A program made the position numbers and the translations under genes. A stretch of 64,000 bases of DNA from Escherichia phage CJY920. The stretch lies in the sequence record PQ349265.1, one strand, 5' to 3'. Of this stretch, positions 41,135 through 51,381 are shown in pieces (the stretch's first letter is position 1; each line of letters opens with the position of its first letter). The notes under the pieces were generated by a model. The model was not told the DNA's origin. It saw nothing but the letters and a program-made list of their open reading frames with translations, and searched no databases.

Positions 41135-41341
41135 ATGTTAAATCGTTGGATTAAACCAAATGAAGATTTAGATATTATCATTTCACGACATGTAATGAAG
41201 AAATATGAACTACAGCCATGGTCTACAGAAGTTGTTGTGCATTCATTTATGATGTACGCAGATGGTTCTGTCGAATTTAACGCAGAGATTCGATATGATT
41301 ATGGTGAGAAGCAAGTTGAATTCAAGAGAGGCTTTTTGTAA
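41135..41341 (+). CDS. hypothetical protein (68 aa)
   Basis: ATG after GGAGAG. Confidence 0.5.
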   Translation: MLNRWIKPNEDLDIIISRHVMKKYELQPWSTEVVVHSFMMYADGSVEFNAEIRYDYGEKQVEFKRGFL

Positions 41342-41679
41342 TGTTTATCTTTAATTGGTTTAAAAATTTCTTTACGGATTTTTTCTCTACAACTCCTGGA
41401 GAAGGTGTAGTTCCTATTTCAAACGACTACCTTCCTTTAACTGTAGTTGAATATGTTTATATGGGAGATGGAACAGTAGAAGCAGTTACTATGACTTATG
41501 AAGAAGCCCAGGAATATTATAAAAATCCTTGGCGTTGGTCAACACCTACATCATCTAATGCGCAGAATACACAGTCTAGTTCTGATTCATATGACACTAA
41601 TGTTCCTGTTCATGTATGGGCGGGCGATTCATGTGGAAGTTCTTGTGATTCTAGTTGTTCATCTACATCTTGTGATTGA
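41341..41679 (+). CDS. hypothetical protein with Cys/Ser-rich C-terminal tail (112 aa)
   Basis: track ORF; tail [16 protein letters not shown]. Confidence 0.5.
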   Translation: MFIFNWFKNFFTDFFSTTPGEGVVPISNDYLPLTVVEYVYMGDGTVEAVTMTYEEAQEYYKNPWRWSTPTSSNAQNTQSSSDSYDTNVPVHVWAGDSCGSSCDSSCSSTSCD

Positions 41680-42173
41680 GGAAAATTATGGAAGCGATTT
41701 TGTTTGAAATGTATATTAGCAGTAATAGTATGTCGTTTGCTAAAGATGTTCCAATTACAGTAGCAGTAATGATTGATAAGGGTTATTGTGACCCAATGTA
41801 TCTCGTAGAAAATTTCGTTTCAATGCCAGTTCCAGAAGATGCTGAAATAAAACTTAAAAAGATTGGTATTATTGAAACTGTACCAAATATTCCGTTTAGA
41901 GCAATTGAAGCATTTACTAAATCCGAATACATTAATGTTAGCGCAGAACAATATAATGATAAGCCTTTATCTTTTTATTCGTACGATTCAGTATATAACT
42001 GGAAAATAGATAAAGGAAATAAATTTATAATTGCAAGTGAAGATGCTTTATCATACTTTATTTCTTCTGTATGGAATAGTTTACATCCAAATTTGCTAAA
42101 AATTCATGAATTTGATGATGCTCCTACTGTTGTTTTAGGTAAAACAAATGAAAGTTCTGAAGAAAATGCTTAA
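41676..42173 (+). CDS. hypothetical protein (165 aa)
   Basis: track ORF, ATGA overlap. Confidence 0.55.
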   Translation: MRKIMEAILFEMYISSNSMSFAKDVPITVAVMIDKGYCDPMYLVENFVSMPVPEDAEIKLKKIGIIETVPNIPFRAIEAFTKSEYINVSAEQYNDKPLSFYSYDSVYNWKIDKGNKFIIASEDALSYFISSVWNSLHPNLLKIHEFDDAPTVVLGKTNESSEENA

Positions 42174-42351
42174 ATGGTTCAATAGACCAAACTCAATGTA
42201 CATTGATGACGGTTGGGTTGAACAGGCAAATAAAGAAATGCAGAACGAATCAGAAGAATGGATGAAATCAATGATTAGTGCTGAGAAAGAAAAGAAATTA
42301 GAACGCTCAGCGCTTAAATTGATGAGAGACATCTACGGGGATAAATCATGA
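42148..42351 (+). CDS. hypothetical protein (67 aa)
   Basis: track ORF. Confidence 0.4.
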   Translation: MKVLKKMLKWFNRPNSMYIDDGWVEQANKEMQNESEEWMKSMISAEKEKKLERSALKLMRDIYGDKS

Positions 42352-42512
42352 ACAGAGATATGACGTTAGAAGAGGCCAAGGCTAAAGCAAATGAAGCATT
42401 GGATTTGCTTCTTAAAATTGGCAGTAAAATGATGGAAGAAAATGAGAAATATATCCAGGAAAACAAAATTCCTGACGGCCCATTAGTAGGCAAGAGGAAA
42501 TCGCATGATTGA
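42348..42512 (+). CDS. hypothetical protein (54 aa)
   Basis: short ORF, ATGA overlap. Confidence 0.35.
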   Translation: MNRDMTLEEAKAKANEALDLLLKIGSKMMEENEKYIQENKIPDGPLVGKRKSHD

Positions 42513-42581
42513 AGTAGCAAAACATTATTCAATAGAATTTATGTCTAAAGAAGGTAAATCAGTAAATACACTTGATAAAAA

Positions 42582-42974
42582 GTGCTCATTAATTATTCCT
42601 TTAGCAGAAAATCCGGTATTTTAATTAAAGATATAAAAGAAAGAAAATATCCAGAAAATGTTATTCTAATTATAAAGCATACTGAAGATATTTTGCAGAA
42701 TACTGATTCACCATTTTCTTCTTCTGAAGATTTAACTATTAAAGGCTATAAAAGAGCTCATGAATATGGTCTTTTTGACCTGTTTGAAGACGATAAAGTT
42801 AAATTAGCGAGTCAACCTTTTAAAAGTAAAACATTCATTATTGAAGATATTAAAGATATAAATGCATTCGTTAAGATGGTCTGGGCTCATTTTGATGTTG
42901 GACTACGCTGGAGAATGTCCGAAGAAGAAAGAAAGATTATTGAAGCTAATCGTCAATTTGGTTTTTATCGCTAG
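42582..42974 (+). CDS. hypothetical protein (130 aa, start uncertain)
   Basis: track ORF. Confidence 0.4.
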   Translation: MLINYSFSRKSGILIKDIKERKYPENVILIIKHTEDILQNTDSPFSSSEDLTIKGYKRAHEYGLFDLFEDDKVKLASQPFKSKTFIIEDIKDINAFVKMVWAHFDVGLRWRMSEEERKIIEANRQFGFYR

Positions 42975-42982
42975 GAATTAAT

Positions 42983-43165
42983 ATGGATTTATTTGAGATG
43001 TTAGAAGATAATCATTCTACGAATATCCAGAATGATTCTAGTGATTATAAGAAAGAGTACCGTATAGTATTACAGAATTATGGAATTGAAGCCCCAGATG
43101 CTCTTCTAGAAGAACTAGCTTCATACCATCTTGACCCTCCGCCCTGGGCTCCCTGGGCAAAATAA
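42983..43165 (+). CDS. hypothetical protein (60 aa)
   Basis: track ORF. Confidence 0.4.
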   Translation: MDLFEMLEDNHSTNIQNDSSDYKKEYRIVLQNYGIEAPDALLEELASYHLDPPPWAPWAK

Positions 43166-43176
43166 TTCAAAAAGTT

Positions 43177-43208
43177 GTTTACTTTTTCCTTTCTAACGAT
43201 GATATGAT
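43177..43208 (+). promoter_or_regulatory. early sigma70-type promoter
   Basis: GTTTAC -35, TATGAT -10-like. Confidence 0.45.
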
Positions 43209-43234
43209 AGCTTCTGAAGTATATGGAGGCTATC

Positions 43235-43384
43235 ATGATTATTAATCCTGCAGATGTTGAACAGTTATCTATAAAAGCTGAAAGTGTCGATTTTCAATAT
43301 GATATGTATAAAAAGGTCTGTGAAAAATTTACTGACTTTGAACAGTTCAGTTCTTTGGCAATGTATGGAAGCCAAAAAGAATGA
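43235..43384 (+). CDS. hypothetical protein (49 aa)
   Basis: ATG after GGAGG SD downstream of promoter. Confidence 0.4.
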   Translation: MIINPADVEQLSIKAESVDFQYDMYKKVCEKFTDFEQFSSLAMYGSQKE

Positions 43385-43859
43385 AGCTCTTCATCGGCAG
43401 TTGAATAAAATCATTAAAAAGCATTTAACTGAATCACCTTATCAGTTATATCGTGGTATATCAAAATCGACAAAAGAGCTCATTAAAGATTTACAAGTTG
43501 GAGAAGTGTTTTCAACGAACAGGGTAGATTCATTTACTACTAGTTTGCACACAGCGTGCGGTTTTTCTTATGTTGAGTATTTCACTGAAATAATATTTCG
43601 CTTAAAAACTGACAAAGCTTTTAATTATTCTGACCATATCAGCGATATTATACTTTCTTCTCCTAACACTGAGTTTAAGTATACATATGAAGATACTGAT
43701 GGATTAGATTCAGAACGTACTGATAACTTAATGATGATTGTGCGTGAACAAGAATGGATGATTCCAATTGGAAAGTATAAAATAACTTCTATTTCAAAAG
43801 AAAAATTACACGATTCATTTGGAACATTTAAAGTGTATGATATTGAGGTAGTTGAATGA
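43284..43859 (+). CDS. modB: Mod-family ADP-ribosyltransferase (ModB-like by order; start uncertain, possibly ATG 43365)
   Basis: LYRG, SFTTS, QEWMIP motifs in ART spacing; tandem with second Mod gene. Confidence 0.6.
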   Translation: MSIFNMICIKRSVKNLLTLNSSVLWQCMEAKKNEALHRQLNKIIKKHLTESPYQLYRGISKSTKELIKDLQVGEVFSTNRVDSFTTSLHTACGFSYVEYFTEIIFRLKTDKAFNYSDHISDIILSSPNTEFKYTYEDTDGLDSERTDNLMMIVREQEWMIPIGKYKITSISKEKLHDSFGTFKVYDIEVVE

Positions 43860-44458
43860 AATATTCAGCAATGCAATTAAAAGATTTTAAAATCAAATCA
43901 ATGGATGCATCGGTGCGTGCTTCTATTCGTGAAGAATTACTTTCTGAAGGATTTAATTTATCCGAAATTGAACTTTTAATTCATTGTATTACTAATAAGC
44001 CAGACGATCATTCTTGGTTAAATGAAATAATCAAATCTCGTTTGGTTCCAAACGATAAACCTCTTTGGAGAGGTGTTCCAGTTGAGACTAAGCAAGTGTT
44101 AAATCAAGGAATTGATATTATTACATTTGATAAAGTAGTATCAGCTTCATATGATAAAAATATAGCTCTACATTTTGCTTCTGGATTAGAATACAATACA
44201 CAAGTTATTTTTGAATTCAAAGCTCCTATGGTATTTAATTTTCAGGAGTATGCTATAAAAGCTCTACGTTGTAAAGAATACAGTCCGAGTTTTAAGTTTC
44301 CAGATAGTCATCGCTATCGTAATATGGAATTAGTTTCAGATGAACAAGAAGTAATGATACCAGCTGGAAGTGTATTTAGAATTGCAGATAGATATGAGTA
44401 TAAAAAGTATTCAACATACACTATCTATACTCTTGATTTTGAAGGATTTAATCTATAA
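43856..44458 (+). CDS. modA: Mod-family ADP-ribosyltransferase (ModA-like by order)
   Basis: 200 aa; LWRG, SASYD, EQEVMIP (ExE) motifs; ATGA overlap. Confidence 0.65.
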   Translation: MKYSAMQLKDFKIKSMDASVRASIREELLSEGFNLSEIELLIHCITNKPDDHSWLNEIIKSRLVPNDKPLWRGVPVETKQVLNQGIDIITFDKVVSASYDKNIALHFASGLEYNTQVIFEFKAPMVFNFQEYAIKALRCKEYSPSFKFPDSHRYRNMELVSDEQEVMIPAGSVFRIADRYEYKKYSTYTIYTLDFEGFNL

Positions 44459-44514
44459 TGGAAGGACTTAGATTCATTATACCATGAAAGTTTTAAAGCA
44501 TTTTTCATAAAGTT

Positions 44515-44544
44515 GTTTACAAGCTGAAGTAAAAATGTTATAGT
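44515..44544 (+). promoter_or_regulatory. early sigma70-type promoter
   Basis: GTTTAC -35, TATAGT -10. Confidence 0.5.
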
Positions 44545-44573
44545 ATAAGTAGTTAACCGTCCGTGAGAAAAAT

Positions 44574-45320
44574 ATGAAACTGTCTAAAAATCAAATTCGT
44601 AAAATTACACGTCGTCTAGAGCATACTCAGGCATCTGCCAAAAGACGTTCTAAAGATTTTAACTTAGACTTCAATTACATTAAGAACATTTTAGATCAGA
44701 AAGTTTGCGCTTACTCAGGAGAACCTTTTGATAATCGTATTGAAGGAGAGAAATTATCGTTAGAACGTTTTGATAATAACGTTGGATATATTAAAGGGAA
44801 TGTTATTGCAGTAAAGAAAAAGTATAATACATTTCGTTCTGATTATACTTTAGAAGAGTTGATTGAAAAGCGTGATTTATTTGCTTTGCGTATTGGTCGT
44901 TCATCTGCGAAAAAAGTTCATAAACTAAATTTAGATGAAAAGAAATGGGCTAAAATCAAAAAGACTTATAATCAAATTAAAGCTATACAGAAAAAACGTG
45001 AAAACCGAATTGAGCACATTTCTCAGCTTTCTAAGTCAAAACAAACATCTGACATTAAGCTAACGATTATAGCGCTTAAAGCTCGTATCGATGGTTCTCG
45101 TATAGCAGAAGGCGCTGAAGTTGTTAAATTGAACGTTCTTCTTAAAGGCTCGGATTGGAAAACTGTGAAAAAGTTGTCAGAAGCAGAAATGCAATATGAT
45201 ATGTGTGATAAAATTATTCAAGGTGTAGAGCGGTATCAAAACTTGTCTTTTATTGATAAACTTAAACTGAAAAGAGGATACCCGCTAAATTGTTCAATTT
45301 TTAAACTTATCCGAGGATAA
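44574..45320 (+). CDS. hypothetical basic protein (248 aa; syntenic position of T4 srd)
   Basis: track ORF between mod genes and dda; assignment positional only. Confidence 0.45.
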   Translation: MKLSKNQIRKITRRLEHTQASAKRRSKDFNLDFNYIKNILDQKVCAYSGEPFDNRIEGEKLSLERFDNNVGYIKGNVIAVKKKYNTFRSDYTLEELIEKRDLFALRIGRSSAKKVHKLNLDEKKWAKIKKTYNQIKAIQKKRENRIEHISQLSKSKQTSDIKLTIIALKARIDGSRIAEGAEVVKLNVLLKGSDWKTVKKLSEAEMQYDMCDKIIQGVERYQNLSFIDKLKLKRGYPLNCSIFKLIRG

Positions 45321-45321
45321 T

Positions 45322-45633
45322 ATGTTTTATGTATATGCGATAGTGTATAGAGATAAAGATGGATTTGCGGTGCCTGTTCCTCTTGATGAACATCGCCCTG
45401 CTGTATTTTTTGAAAGGGAGATTGCTGATAAAGTATTTACTGCTCTTAAAGAGCAATATCAACTAGCTTTAGGTATGGGAATTCCGAGATTAGTTGAGAC
45501 TCCACGCAAGTTTTGGTTTAATAAAATAGAAGTTAAACATGTTAAGCCTGATGTAGACACACAAAGATTATATCGGCGAATTTTAGATACTGGGCGTATT
45601 GTTAGTATACCAATTGCAGGGAATTTACGATGA
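45322..45633 (+). CDS. hypothetical protein (103 aa; dda.1 position)
   Basis: track ORF, ATGA overlap with dda. Confidence 0.55.
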   Translation: MFYVYAIVYRDKDGFAVPVPLDEHRPAVFFEREIADKVFTALKEQYQLALGMGIPRLVETPRKFWFNKIEVKHVKPDVDTQRLYRRILDTGRIVSIPIAGNLR

Positions 45634-46949
45634 CATTTGATGATTTGACCGAAGGCCAGAAAAATGCCTTTAACATTGTTATGAGGGCTATTAAAGAAAA
45701 GAAACATCATGTAACTATTAATGGACCTGCCGGTACCGGTAAGACTACTCTTACTAAGTTCATCATTGAAGCCTTAATATCTACGGGCGAAACTGGCATT
45801 ATTTTAGCAGCTCCTACACATGCAGCTAAAAAGATTCTTTCAAAACTGTCAGGGAAAGAAGCGAGTACTATTCACAGTATTCTTAAAATTAACCCAGTAA
45901 CATACGAAGAAAACGTTCTTTTTGAGCAAAAAGAAGTACCGGATTTGGCTAAATGCAGAGTATTAATCTGCGACGAAGTGTCAATGTATGATAGAAAGCT
46001 ATTCAAAATTCTGCTTTCAACTATCCCGCCGTGGTGTACTATAATTGGAATAGGTGATAATAAGCAAATTAGACCCGTTGACCCAGGAGAAAACACTGCT
46101 TATATCAGTCCGTTCTTTACGCATAAAGATTTTTATCAGTGTGAACTCACTGAAGTTAAACGCAGTAATGCTCCTATTATTGATGTAGCTACTGATGTTC
46201 GTAACGGTAAGTGGATTTATGATAAAGTTGTTGACGGGCATGGAGTACGTGGATTTACTGGTGATACCGCTTTACGCGATTTTATGGTAAATTATTTTTC
46301 AATCGTCAAATCGCTAGATGATTTGTTTGAAAATCGTGTAATGGCATTTACGAATAAATCTGTTGATAAGTTAAATAGCATTATTCGTAAAAAGATTTTT
46401 GAAACTGATAAAGATTTTATCGTTGGTGAAATTATTGTAATGCAGGAACCATTAATTAAAACATATAAAATTGATGGAAAGCCTGTGTCAGAAATTATTT
46501 TTAATAACGGACAATTAGTTCGTATTATAGAAGCAGAGTATACATCAACATTTGTTAAAGCTCGTGGCGTTCCTGGAGAATATCTAATTCGTCATTGGAA
46601 TTTAACAGTAGAAACTTACGGCGATGATGAATATTATCGTGAAAAGATTAAAATAATTTCATCTGATGAAGAGCTGTATAAGTTTAACTTATTTTTAGGT
46701 AAAACTGCAGAAACTTATAAAAATTGGAATAAAGGCGGAAAAGCTCCATGGAGTGATTTTTGGGATGCTAAATCACAATTTAGTAAAGTGAAAGCACTTC
46801 CTGCATCAACATTCCATAAAGCTCAGGGCATGTCTGTAGATCGTGCTTTCATTTATACACCTTGCATTCATTATGCAGATGCTGAACTAGCTCAGCAGCT
46901 TCTTTATGTTGGTGTAACACGTGGTCGTTATGATGTGTTTTACGTATGA
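45630..46949 (+). CDS. dda: DNA helicase Dda (SF1)
   Basis: 439 aa MTFDDLTEGQKNAFNIVMRAIKEKKHHVTINGPAGTGKTT...; matches remembered T4 Dda. Confidence 0.9.
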   Translation: MTFDDLTEGQKNAFNIVMRAIKEKKHHVTINGPAGTGKTTLTKFIIEALISTGETGIILAAPTHAAKKILSKLSGKEASTIHSILKINPVTYEENVLFEQKEVPDLAKCRVLICDEVSMYDRKLFKILLSTIPPWCTIIGIGDNKQIRPVDPGENTAYISPFFTHKDFYQCELTEVKRSNAPIIDVATDVRNGKWIYDKVVDGHGVRGFTGDTALRDFMVNYFSIVKSLDDLFENRVMAFTNKSVDKLNSIIRKKIFETDKDFIVGEIIVMQEPLIKTYKIDGKPVSEIIFNNGQLVRIIEAEYTSTFVKARGVPGEYLIRHWNLTVETYGDDEYYREKIKIISSDEELYKFNLFLGKTAETYKNWNKGGKAPWSDFWDAKSQFSKVKALPASTFHKAQGMSVDRAFIYTPCIHYADAELAQQLLYVGVTRGRYDVFYV

Positions 46950-46970
46950 TTAAATTCGAGGAAGCTATTC

Positions 46971-47216
46971 GTGGAAATAACTAAAGATCAGTTTTATCTG
47001 CTCCAAGATAAAGTGAGCGAAATTTATGAAATAGCTTATAGTAAAAATCGCAAAAACGTGAAAATTGAATCGGGAAAGTTAATGCTTCAATTGGAAGAAA
47101 TTGAACGAGATTTGATTGCGTTAGAATTCTTTTGCGGTGAAGTGAAAACTGTTACAATCAGTGATTATGTTTTAGGTGAAATTAGCCATCTTTATAAGGC
47201 GGTTATTAATGATTGA
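46971..47216 (+). CDS. hypothetical protein (81 aa)
   Basis: track ORF; paralogous to next ORF. Confidence 0.5.
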   Translation: MEITKDQFYLLQDKVSEIYEIAYSKNRKNVKIESGKLMLQLEEIERDLIALEFFCGEVKTVTISDYVLGEISHLYKAVIND

Positions 47217-47451
47217 ATTAAGTTTGCACCAGTTTAAATCTCTTATGGCAAGTGTTAAAGCTGTCATTCAAGAAAATCCAGGACCTGATAATGTTACTAT
47301 TCGCGAAAAAGCTTTAAAGATAGTATACAGTCTTGAAGAGATACAAAAAGATATTGAATCTATGGCAAAATTTATTGATGAGCCCATTAATAAAGTTTAT
47401 ATCCAAGATTATACTGTAGGTCAAATTCGCGATTTAGCGAGGAAAATTTAA
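47209..47451 (+). CDS. hypothetical protein (80 aa), tandem paralog of previous
   Basis: similar length and pattern (…HQFKSLMASVKAVIQ vs …DQFYLLQDKVSEIYE). Confidence 0.5.
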   Translation: MIELSLHQFKSLMASVKAVIQENPGPDNVTIREKALKIVYSLEEIQKDIESMAKFIDEPINKVYIQDYTVGQIRDLARKI

Positions 47452-48134
47452 TGTTTGATTTTATTATAGATTTTGAAACAATGGGAAGCGGTGAAAAGGC
47501 AGCTGTTATTGATTTGGCTGTTATTGCCTTTGACCCTAATCCAGAAGTAGTTGAAACATTTGATGAATTAGTTTCGCGCGGCATTAAAATCAAATTTGAT
47601 TTAAAAAGCCAAAAAGGACACCGTCTTTTTACTAAAAGCACTATCGAATGGTGGAAAAATCAGTCTCCTGAAGCTCGAAAAAATATTGCACCATCAGATG
47701 AAGATGTAAGCACCATCGATGGTATTGCAAAATTTAATGATTACATCAATGCGCATAATATCGATCCTTGGAAATCTCAGGGCTGGTGCCGTGGAATGTC
47801 GTTTGATTTTCCAATTTTAGTCGATCTCATTCGCGATATTCAACGTCTTAATGGCGTTTCTGAGAATGAACTTGACACGTTTAAGTTAGAACCATGTAAA
47901 TTCTGGAATCAGCGTGATATTCGTACCAGAATTGAAGCACTTCTGCTTGTTCGTGATATGACCACATGTCCTCTTCCAAAGGGAACTTTAGATGGGTTCG
48001 TTGCACATGATTCTATTCATGACTGTGCGAAAGACATCCTGATGATGAAGTATGCTTTGCGATATGCTATGGGTCTTGAAGATGCTCCGTCAGAGGAAGA
48101 GTGCGATCCTCTGTCTCTTCCAACAAAACGATAA
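47451..48134 (+). CDS. dexA: exonuclease A DexA (DEDDh 3'-5' exonuclease)
   Basis: 227 aa, MFDFIIDFET start typical of DnaQ-like exonucleases; synteny after dda. Confidence 0.85.
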   Translation: MFDFIIDFETMGSGEKAAVIDLAVIAFDPNPEVVETFDELVSRGIKIKFDLKSQKGHRLFTKSTIEWWKNQSPEARKNIAPSDEDVSTIDGIAKFNDYINAHNIDPWKSQGWCRGMSFDFPILVDLIRDIQRLNGVSENELDTFKLEPCKFWNQRDIRTRIEALLLVRDMTTCPLPKGTLDGFVAHDSIHDCAKDILMMKYALRYAMGLEDAPSEEECDPLSLPTKR

Positions 48135-48140
48135 AAAGTT

Positions 48141-48170
48141 GTTTACTTCCTCGGTTAGTTGTGGTATTAT
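48141..48170 (+). promoter_or_regulatory. early sigma70-type promoter
   Basis: GTTTAC -35, TGTGGTATTAT. Confidence 0.55.
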
Positions 48171-48197
48171 AACACCATAGCTACTGAGGATAATAAA

Positions 48198-48698
48198 ATG
48201 AAAATTTATCGTGTTGAATCATCTTTTAGTATTCTTAATTATGAAGATGCTATAACAATACGTCGAAATCTTTGTGTTCAAATAACGCCGTACAGGAGTA
48301 TAATAGATTCATGGAGCGAAGAGTGGCTATTACACGTAGGTTATGACAGACCTAATTTTATGCATCATAGCGATAATAATAAAAGAATTCCTTTACCACA
48401 CGAAGATAAACTATTAGTTAAAAACGCTAATATAGTAATTAATACTAAGTTCAAGAAAGATTATGTTGGAGTAGAATATCATATTCCAGGATGGTTTATA
48501 GCTCTTTATCATTTTGCTTTCGCTAGTGAATATGATATGATGAGATGGTTCACACGAGAAGAGCGGGAAGAATTATCTTCCAAAGGATTTTATCTCGCTG
48601 TATACGAAGTTCCTGAAGATGAAGTTATCATTGGCGGGCACCAAGTAATGTTCCGCAAATCGCATGCTGAACTCATAAATTTTATTGAAATGAGATAA
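48198..48698 (+). CDS. hypothetical protein (166 aa)
   Basis: ATG after GAGGA SD. Confidence 0.55.
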   Translation: MKIYRVESSFSILNYEDAITIRRNLCVQITPYRSIIDSWSEEWLLHVGYDRPNFMHHSDNNKRIPLPHEDKLLVKNANIVINTKFKKDYVGVEYHIPGWFIALYHFAFASEYDMMRWFTREEREELSSKGFYLAVYEVPEDEVIIGGHQVMFRKSHAELINFIEMR

Positions 48699-48700
48699 TT

Positions 48701-49243
48701 ATGAAATTTAATTATAATCCTGAATACACACCAAATCCGGTAGCTAAACTGATTGATTTTGATGTTGTAAGCACTTATGTATGCCCTGTTAAACCACTGG
48801 AAATTAAGGAACCTACTATGACTACCGCTATTGAAATCGGCAAAACCTACAAACTGGTTGAACCTGAAATTAAAACTAATGCCTTGATTTCCGGCCATAA
48901 AACTCTGACTGTTGTTTTTGGCGAAGGCGAATTTACTGTTGAAGACTTTGAAAAAAGTAAATGGTTTACTAAATCTTATATTGTGCACGGTCGTCGTTTA
49001 GACAATAACAAAATAGAGAAAATCCTGGTTTATGAAGCAGAGTTCATCCTGTTCCAAGAAGTTGAAGAACAAGACCCTACAGACCTTCTAACTCGTGCGG
49101 TAGCTATCAAGACTCCATTTATTTCAGTCTGTGGTTGGGTAACAGACCAGTGGATTGAAGATGGTGTTGAACTTCTGAACGTTGTTCATGCAGGTGATTT
49201 TAGTGTAGTACCTCGTAGTGCGGTGGTAGCTATTTTGAATTAA
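48701..49243 (+). CDS. hypothetical protein (180 aa), paralog of 49320 ORF
   Basis: C-terminal CGWVTDQWIEDGVELLNVVHAGDFSVVP matches CGYITDQWVEDGVKLYNVVFLGTYKVIP. Confidence 0.55.
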   Translation: MKFNYNPEYTPNPVAKLIDFDVVSTYVCPVKPLEIKEPTMTTAIEIGKTYKLVEPEIKTNALISGHKTLTVVFGEGEFTVEDFEKSKWFTKSYIVHGRRLDNNKIEKILVYEAEFILFQEVEEQDPTDLLTRAVAIKTPFISVCGWVTDQWIEDGVELLNVVHAGDFSVVPRSAVVAILN

Positions 49244-49246
49244 TAG

Positions 49247-49275
49247 TTTACAAACTCTTGGGACCAGAGTATAAT
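49247..49275 (+). promoter_or_regulatory. early sigma70-type promoter
   Basis: GTTTAC -35, TATAAT -10. Confidence 0.5.
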
Positions 49276-49319
49276 GGTCCTGTGGAGTATAAAATCTTTT
49301 TAACAAGTGAGAGATAACT

Positions 49320-49808
49320 ATGATTATTAATATTGGTGAAATTGCTCGTGTATCTGATAAATCCCGTTCTAAAGCAGCAGGAAAATTGGTTGAAATTGTA
49401 AGCATTCAGCTTAAACATGGCGTTAAAGATGAAGATTCTGAAGTAAAAGTGCGTATCATTCCTAAAGATGGAAAGTCTAAACCTCAGTTTGGCTATGTTC
49501 GTGCGAAATTTCTTGAATCTGCGTTTTTGAAAGCTGTTCCTGCTAAAGGAATTGAGACGATTGATACTTCGCATGTAGGTGTAGACTTTAAGTGGAAACT
49601 CGGTCAATCTATTAAGTTCATTGCTCCTTGCGAATTTAAATTCATTCCAGATGATGGAAAGGCTGTTTATACTCGTGCTATGTGTGGATACATTACCGAT
49701 CAATGGGTAGAAGATGGTGTTAAGTTGTACAACGTGGTATTTTTAGGAACATACAAAGTCATTCCTGAAAGTTGGATTAAACACTATAGAAATGCGCTCT
49801 ATGCATAA
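49320..49808 (+). CDS. MotB-like protein (162 aa; positional/size match)
   Basis: 162-aa ORF in dexA-39 interval where T4 motB lies. Confidence 0.45.
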   Translation: MIINIGEIARVSDKSRSKAAGKLVEIVSIQLKHGVKDEDSEVKVRIIPKDGKSKPQFGYVRAKFLESAFLKAVPAKGIETIDTSHVGVDFKWKLGQSIKFIAPCEFKFIPDDGKAVYTRAMCGYITDQWVEDGVKLYNVVFLGTYKVIPESWIKHYRNALYA

Positions 49809-49855
49809 AGTTTAAAATTTTTTTCATAAAACTATATACATCAGTAGTTGATTAT

Positions 49856-49909
49856 GGTACTATATCAATATCAACTACTGATACAGAAAACAATTTGGAG
49901 AATAAAATG
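49856..49909 (+). repeat. conserved promoter-leader repeat, copy C (variant with inverted-repeat flank)
   Basis: ggtactatatcaatatcaactactgatacagaaaacaatttggagaataaaatg; upstream atcagtagttgat is inverse of atcaactactgat. Confidence 0.65.
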
Positions 49910-50176
49910 GAAAACTTAATTATCATCGAACAATCTTTCAACGATTATGGTATGGCTTACGGTTATCGTGCGATAATGGAAGATTCTCGTGGATGTGTTA
50001 TCGATATTGCTGAATGTAAAGATTTACTGCAGCTTTTGAAGATTGTTCGTAAAAATTGGGATTGTGAAAACATTAAAGTTCGTGTTGTAACGGAAGAAGA
50101 AACTGTTTTTCATGATGTAAAATTTGCCAAAGGTGCTGCTACTCTTCTGAAACGCATCGCTCCACTGTTCAATTAA
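49907..50176 (+). CDS. hypothetical protein (89 aa)
   Basis: ATG after GGAG. Confidence 0.55.
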   Translation: MENLIIIEQSFNDYGMAYGYRAIMEDSRGCVIDIAECKDLLQLLKIVRKNWDCENIKVRVVTEEETVFHDVKFAKGAATLLKRIAPLFN

Positions 50177-50189
50177 TGAGGAAATTGTA

Positions 50190-50405
50190 ATGAAACGTAA
50201 AACTGTTCAGAAATGCACTAATGACGAATTTGAAGATGTATTATTCGATCCAGATTTGGTAGTGGTTCAAAAGGAACACACCATTAAGTTTACTCACTTG
50301 ACTTCGGTTTATGTTTATGAAAAGGTTGGTGATAAACAGCCAATTTACGGCGTATTTCGTGAAATTACTGAAGATGGCACAACTTACTGGAAGGAAATTT
50401 ATTAA
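50190..50405 (+). CDS. hypothetical protein (71 aa)
   Basis: ATG after GAGGAAATTG. Confidence 0.5.
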   Translation: MKRKTVQKCTNDEFEDVLFDPDLVVVQKEHTIKFTHLTSVYVYEKVGDKQPIYGVFREITEDGTTYWKEIY

Positions 50406-50824
50406 TGGCTATTAGATTTGAAGTTAATAAATGGTATCAATTTAAAAATAAACAAGCTCAAGAAAATTTTATTAAAGACCATATTAATAACGGAATTTAT
50501 GCGCGCCGTTTAGGTATGTATCCTTTTAAAATTTTAGATGTGGACGCTCTTGGGCGTCCTATTAAAATTTTGTCATCTACTGGAAATTTAGTACTATCTC
50601 CTGATAAAGATGTTTTGGATGAAGACTTTATTTGGCTTTCAAAAAGTGAAGCTGGGTTCTTTGATGAAGTTGAAAATCCATACCAGGCAGCTGAAGAACA
50701 AGAGCAGGAAGAGCAAGAACAAATAGAAGATTTCACAGAATTCCCGGTAATGAAAGTTACTATTGAAAATAATGAACAGGCATGGTCCTTGTATCAGATG
50801 TTGAAAGCACACTTTAAGGAATAA
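50405..50824 (+). CDS. hypothetical acidic protein (139 aa)
   Basis: track ORF, overlapping start. Confidence 0.55.
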   Translation: MAIRFEVNKWYQFKNKQAQENFIKDHINNGIYARRLGMYPFKILDVDALGRPIKILSSTGNLVLSPDKDVLDEDFIWLSKSEAGFFDEVENPYQAAEEQEQEEQEQIEDFTEFPVMKVTIENNEQAWSLYQMLKAHFKE

Positions 50825-50826
50825 TT

Positions 50827-51003
50827 ATGCCAATGTATGATTATAAATGCCAATCCGAAGATTGCGGGCATGAATATGAAAAAATTAAAAAGATTTCTGA
50901 ACGAGAAAATGATGTTTGCCCTAAATGTCATCGTTTGTCTACTCGTCGGCCTTCTGCTCCTAAGCATGTGAATGGTGGATTTTACGACTTACTTAAAGAG
51001 TGA
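50827..51003 (+). CDS. FmdB-like zinc-ribbon protein (58 aa)
   Basis: MPMYDYKCQSEDCGHEYE...CPKCH: Y-x-Y-x-C-x2-C ... C-x2-C pattern. Confidence 0.45.
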   Translation: MPMYDYKCQSEDCGHEYEKIKKISERENDVCPKCHRLSTRRPSAPKHVNGGFYDLLKE

Positions 51004-51005
51004 TT

Positions 51006-51377
51006 ATGTTTAAAATCGGTAAGAAATATCGTGTTCGCGAAGGTGAAGAAAAGAAATATCTACTTTCTTCTATTTATAGGAATGGTTCTATTAATGCCGT
51101 AATATCTACAAGTGAATTTATCGTTGAAGATATGAAAGGTAATAATGTTACAATGATTAGTACATCATCTGGAAATGATGGAAAAATTCTTCACAGTTTT
51201 CAGAGTAATGTTCTAATTTATGATGAAGAATTTGACTTCTTCGAAGAAGTTACAGAAGATTTTGATTTTGAATGCACTATCACTATGAAATCTGGTGACC
51301 CTCTTTCTTTTACAGTTAAAGATGAAAGAAGTCGCTTGAGAATTATTAGTCTCCTTCAAGCCATTAAATTTGAGTGA
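51006..51377 (+). CDS. hypothetical protein (123 aa)
   Basis: track ORF trimmed to ATG. Confidence 0.5.
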   Translation: MFKIGKKYRVREGEEKKYLLSSIYRNGSINAVISTSEFIVEDMKGNNVTMISTSSGNDGKILHSFQSNVLIYDEEFDFFEEVTEDFDFECTITMKSGDPLSFTVKDERSRLRIISLLQAIKFE

Positions 51378-51381
51378 AATT

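Noticed and set aside
48590-49703. Minus-strand ORFs of 132 and 151 aa
   Set aside because: Overlap + strand ORFs that have SD sequences and paralog support; no RBS or promoter evidence on the minus strand.
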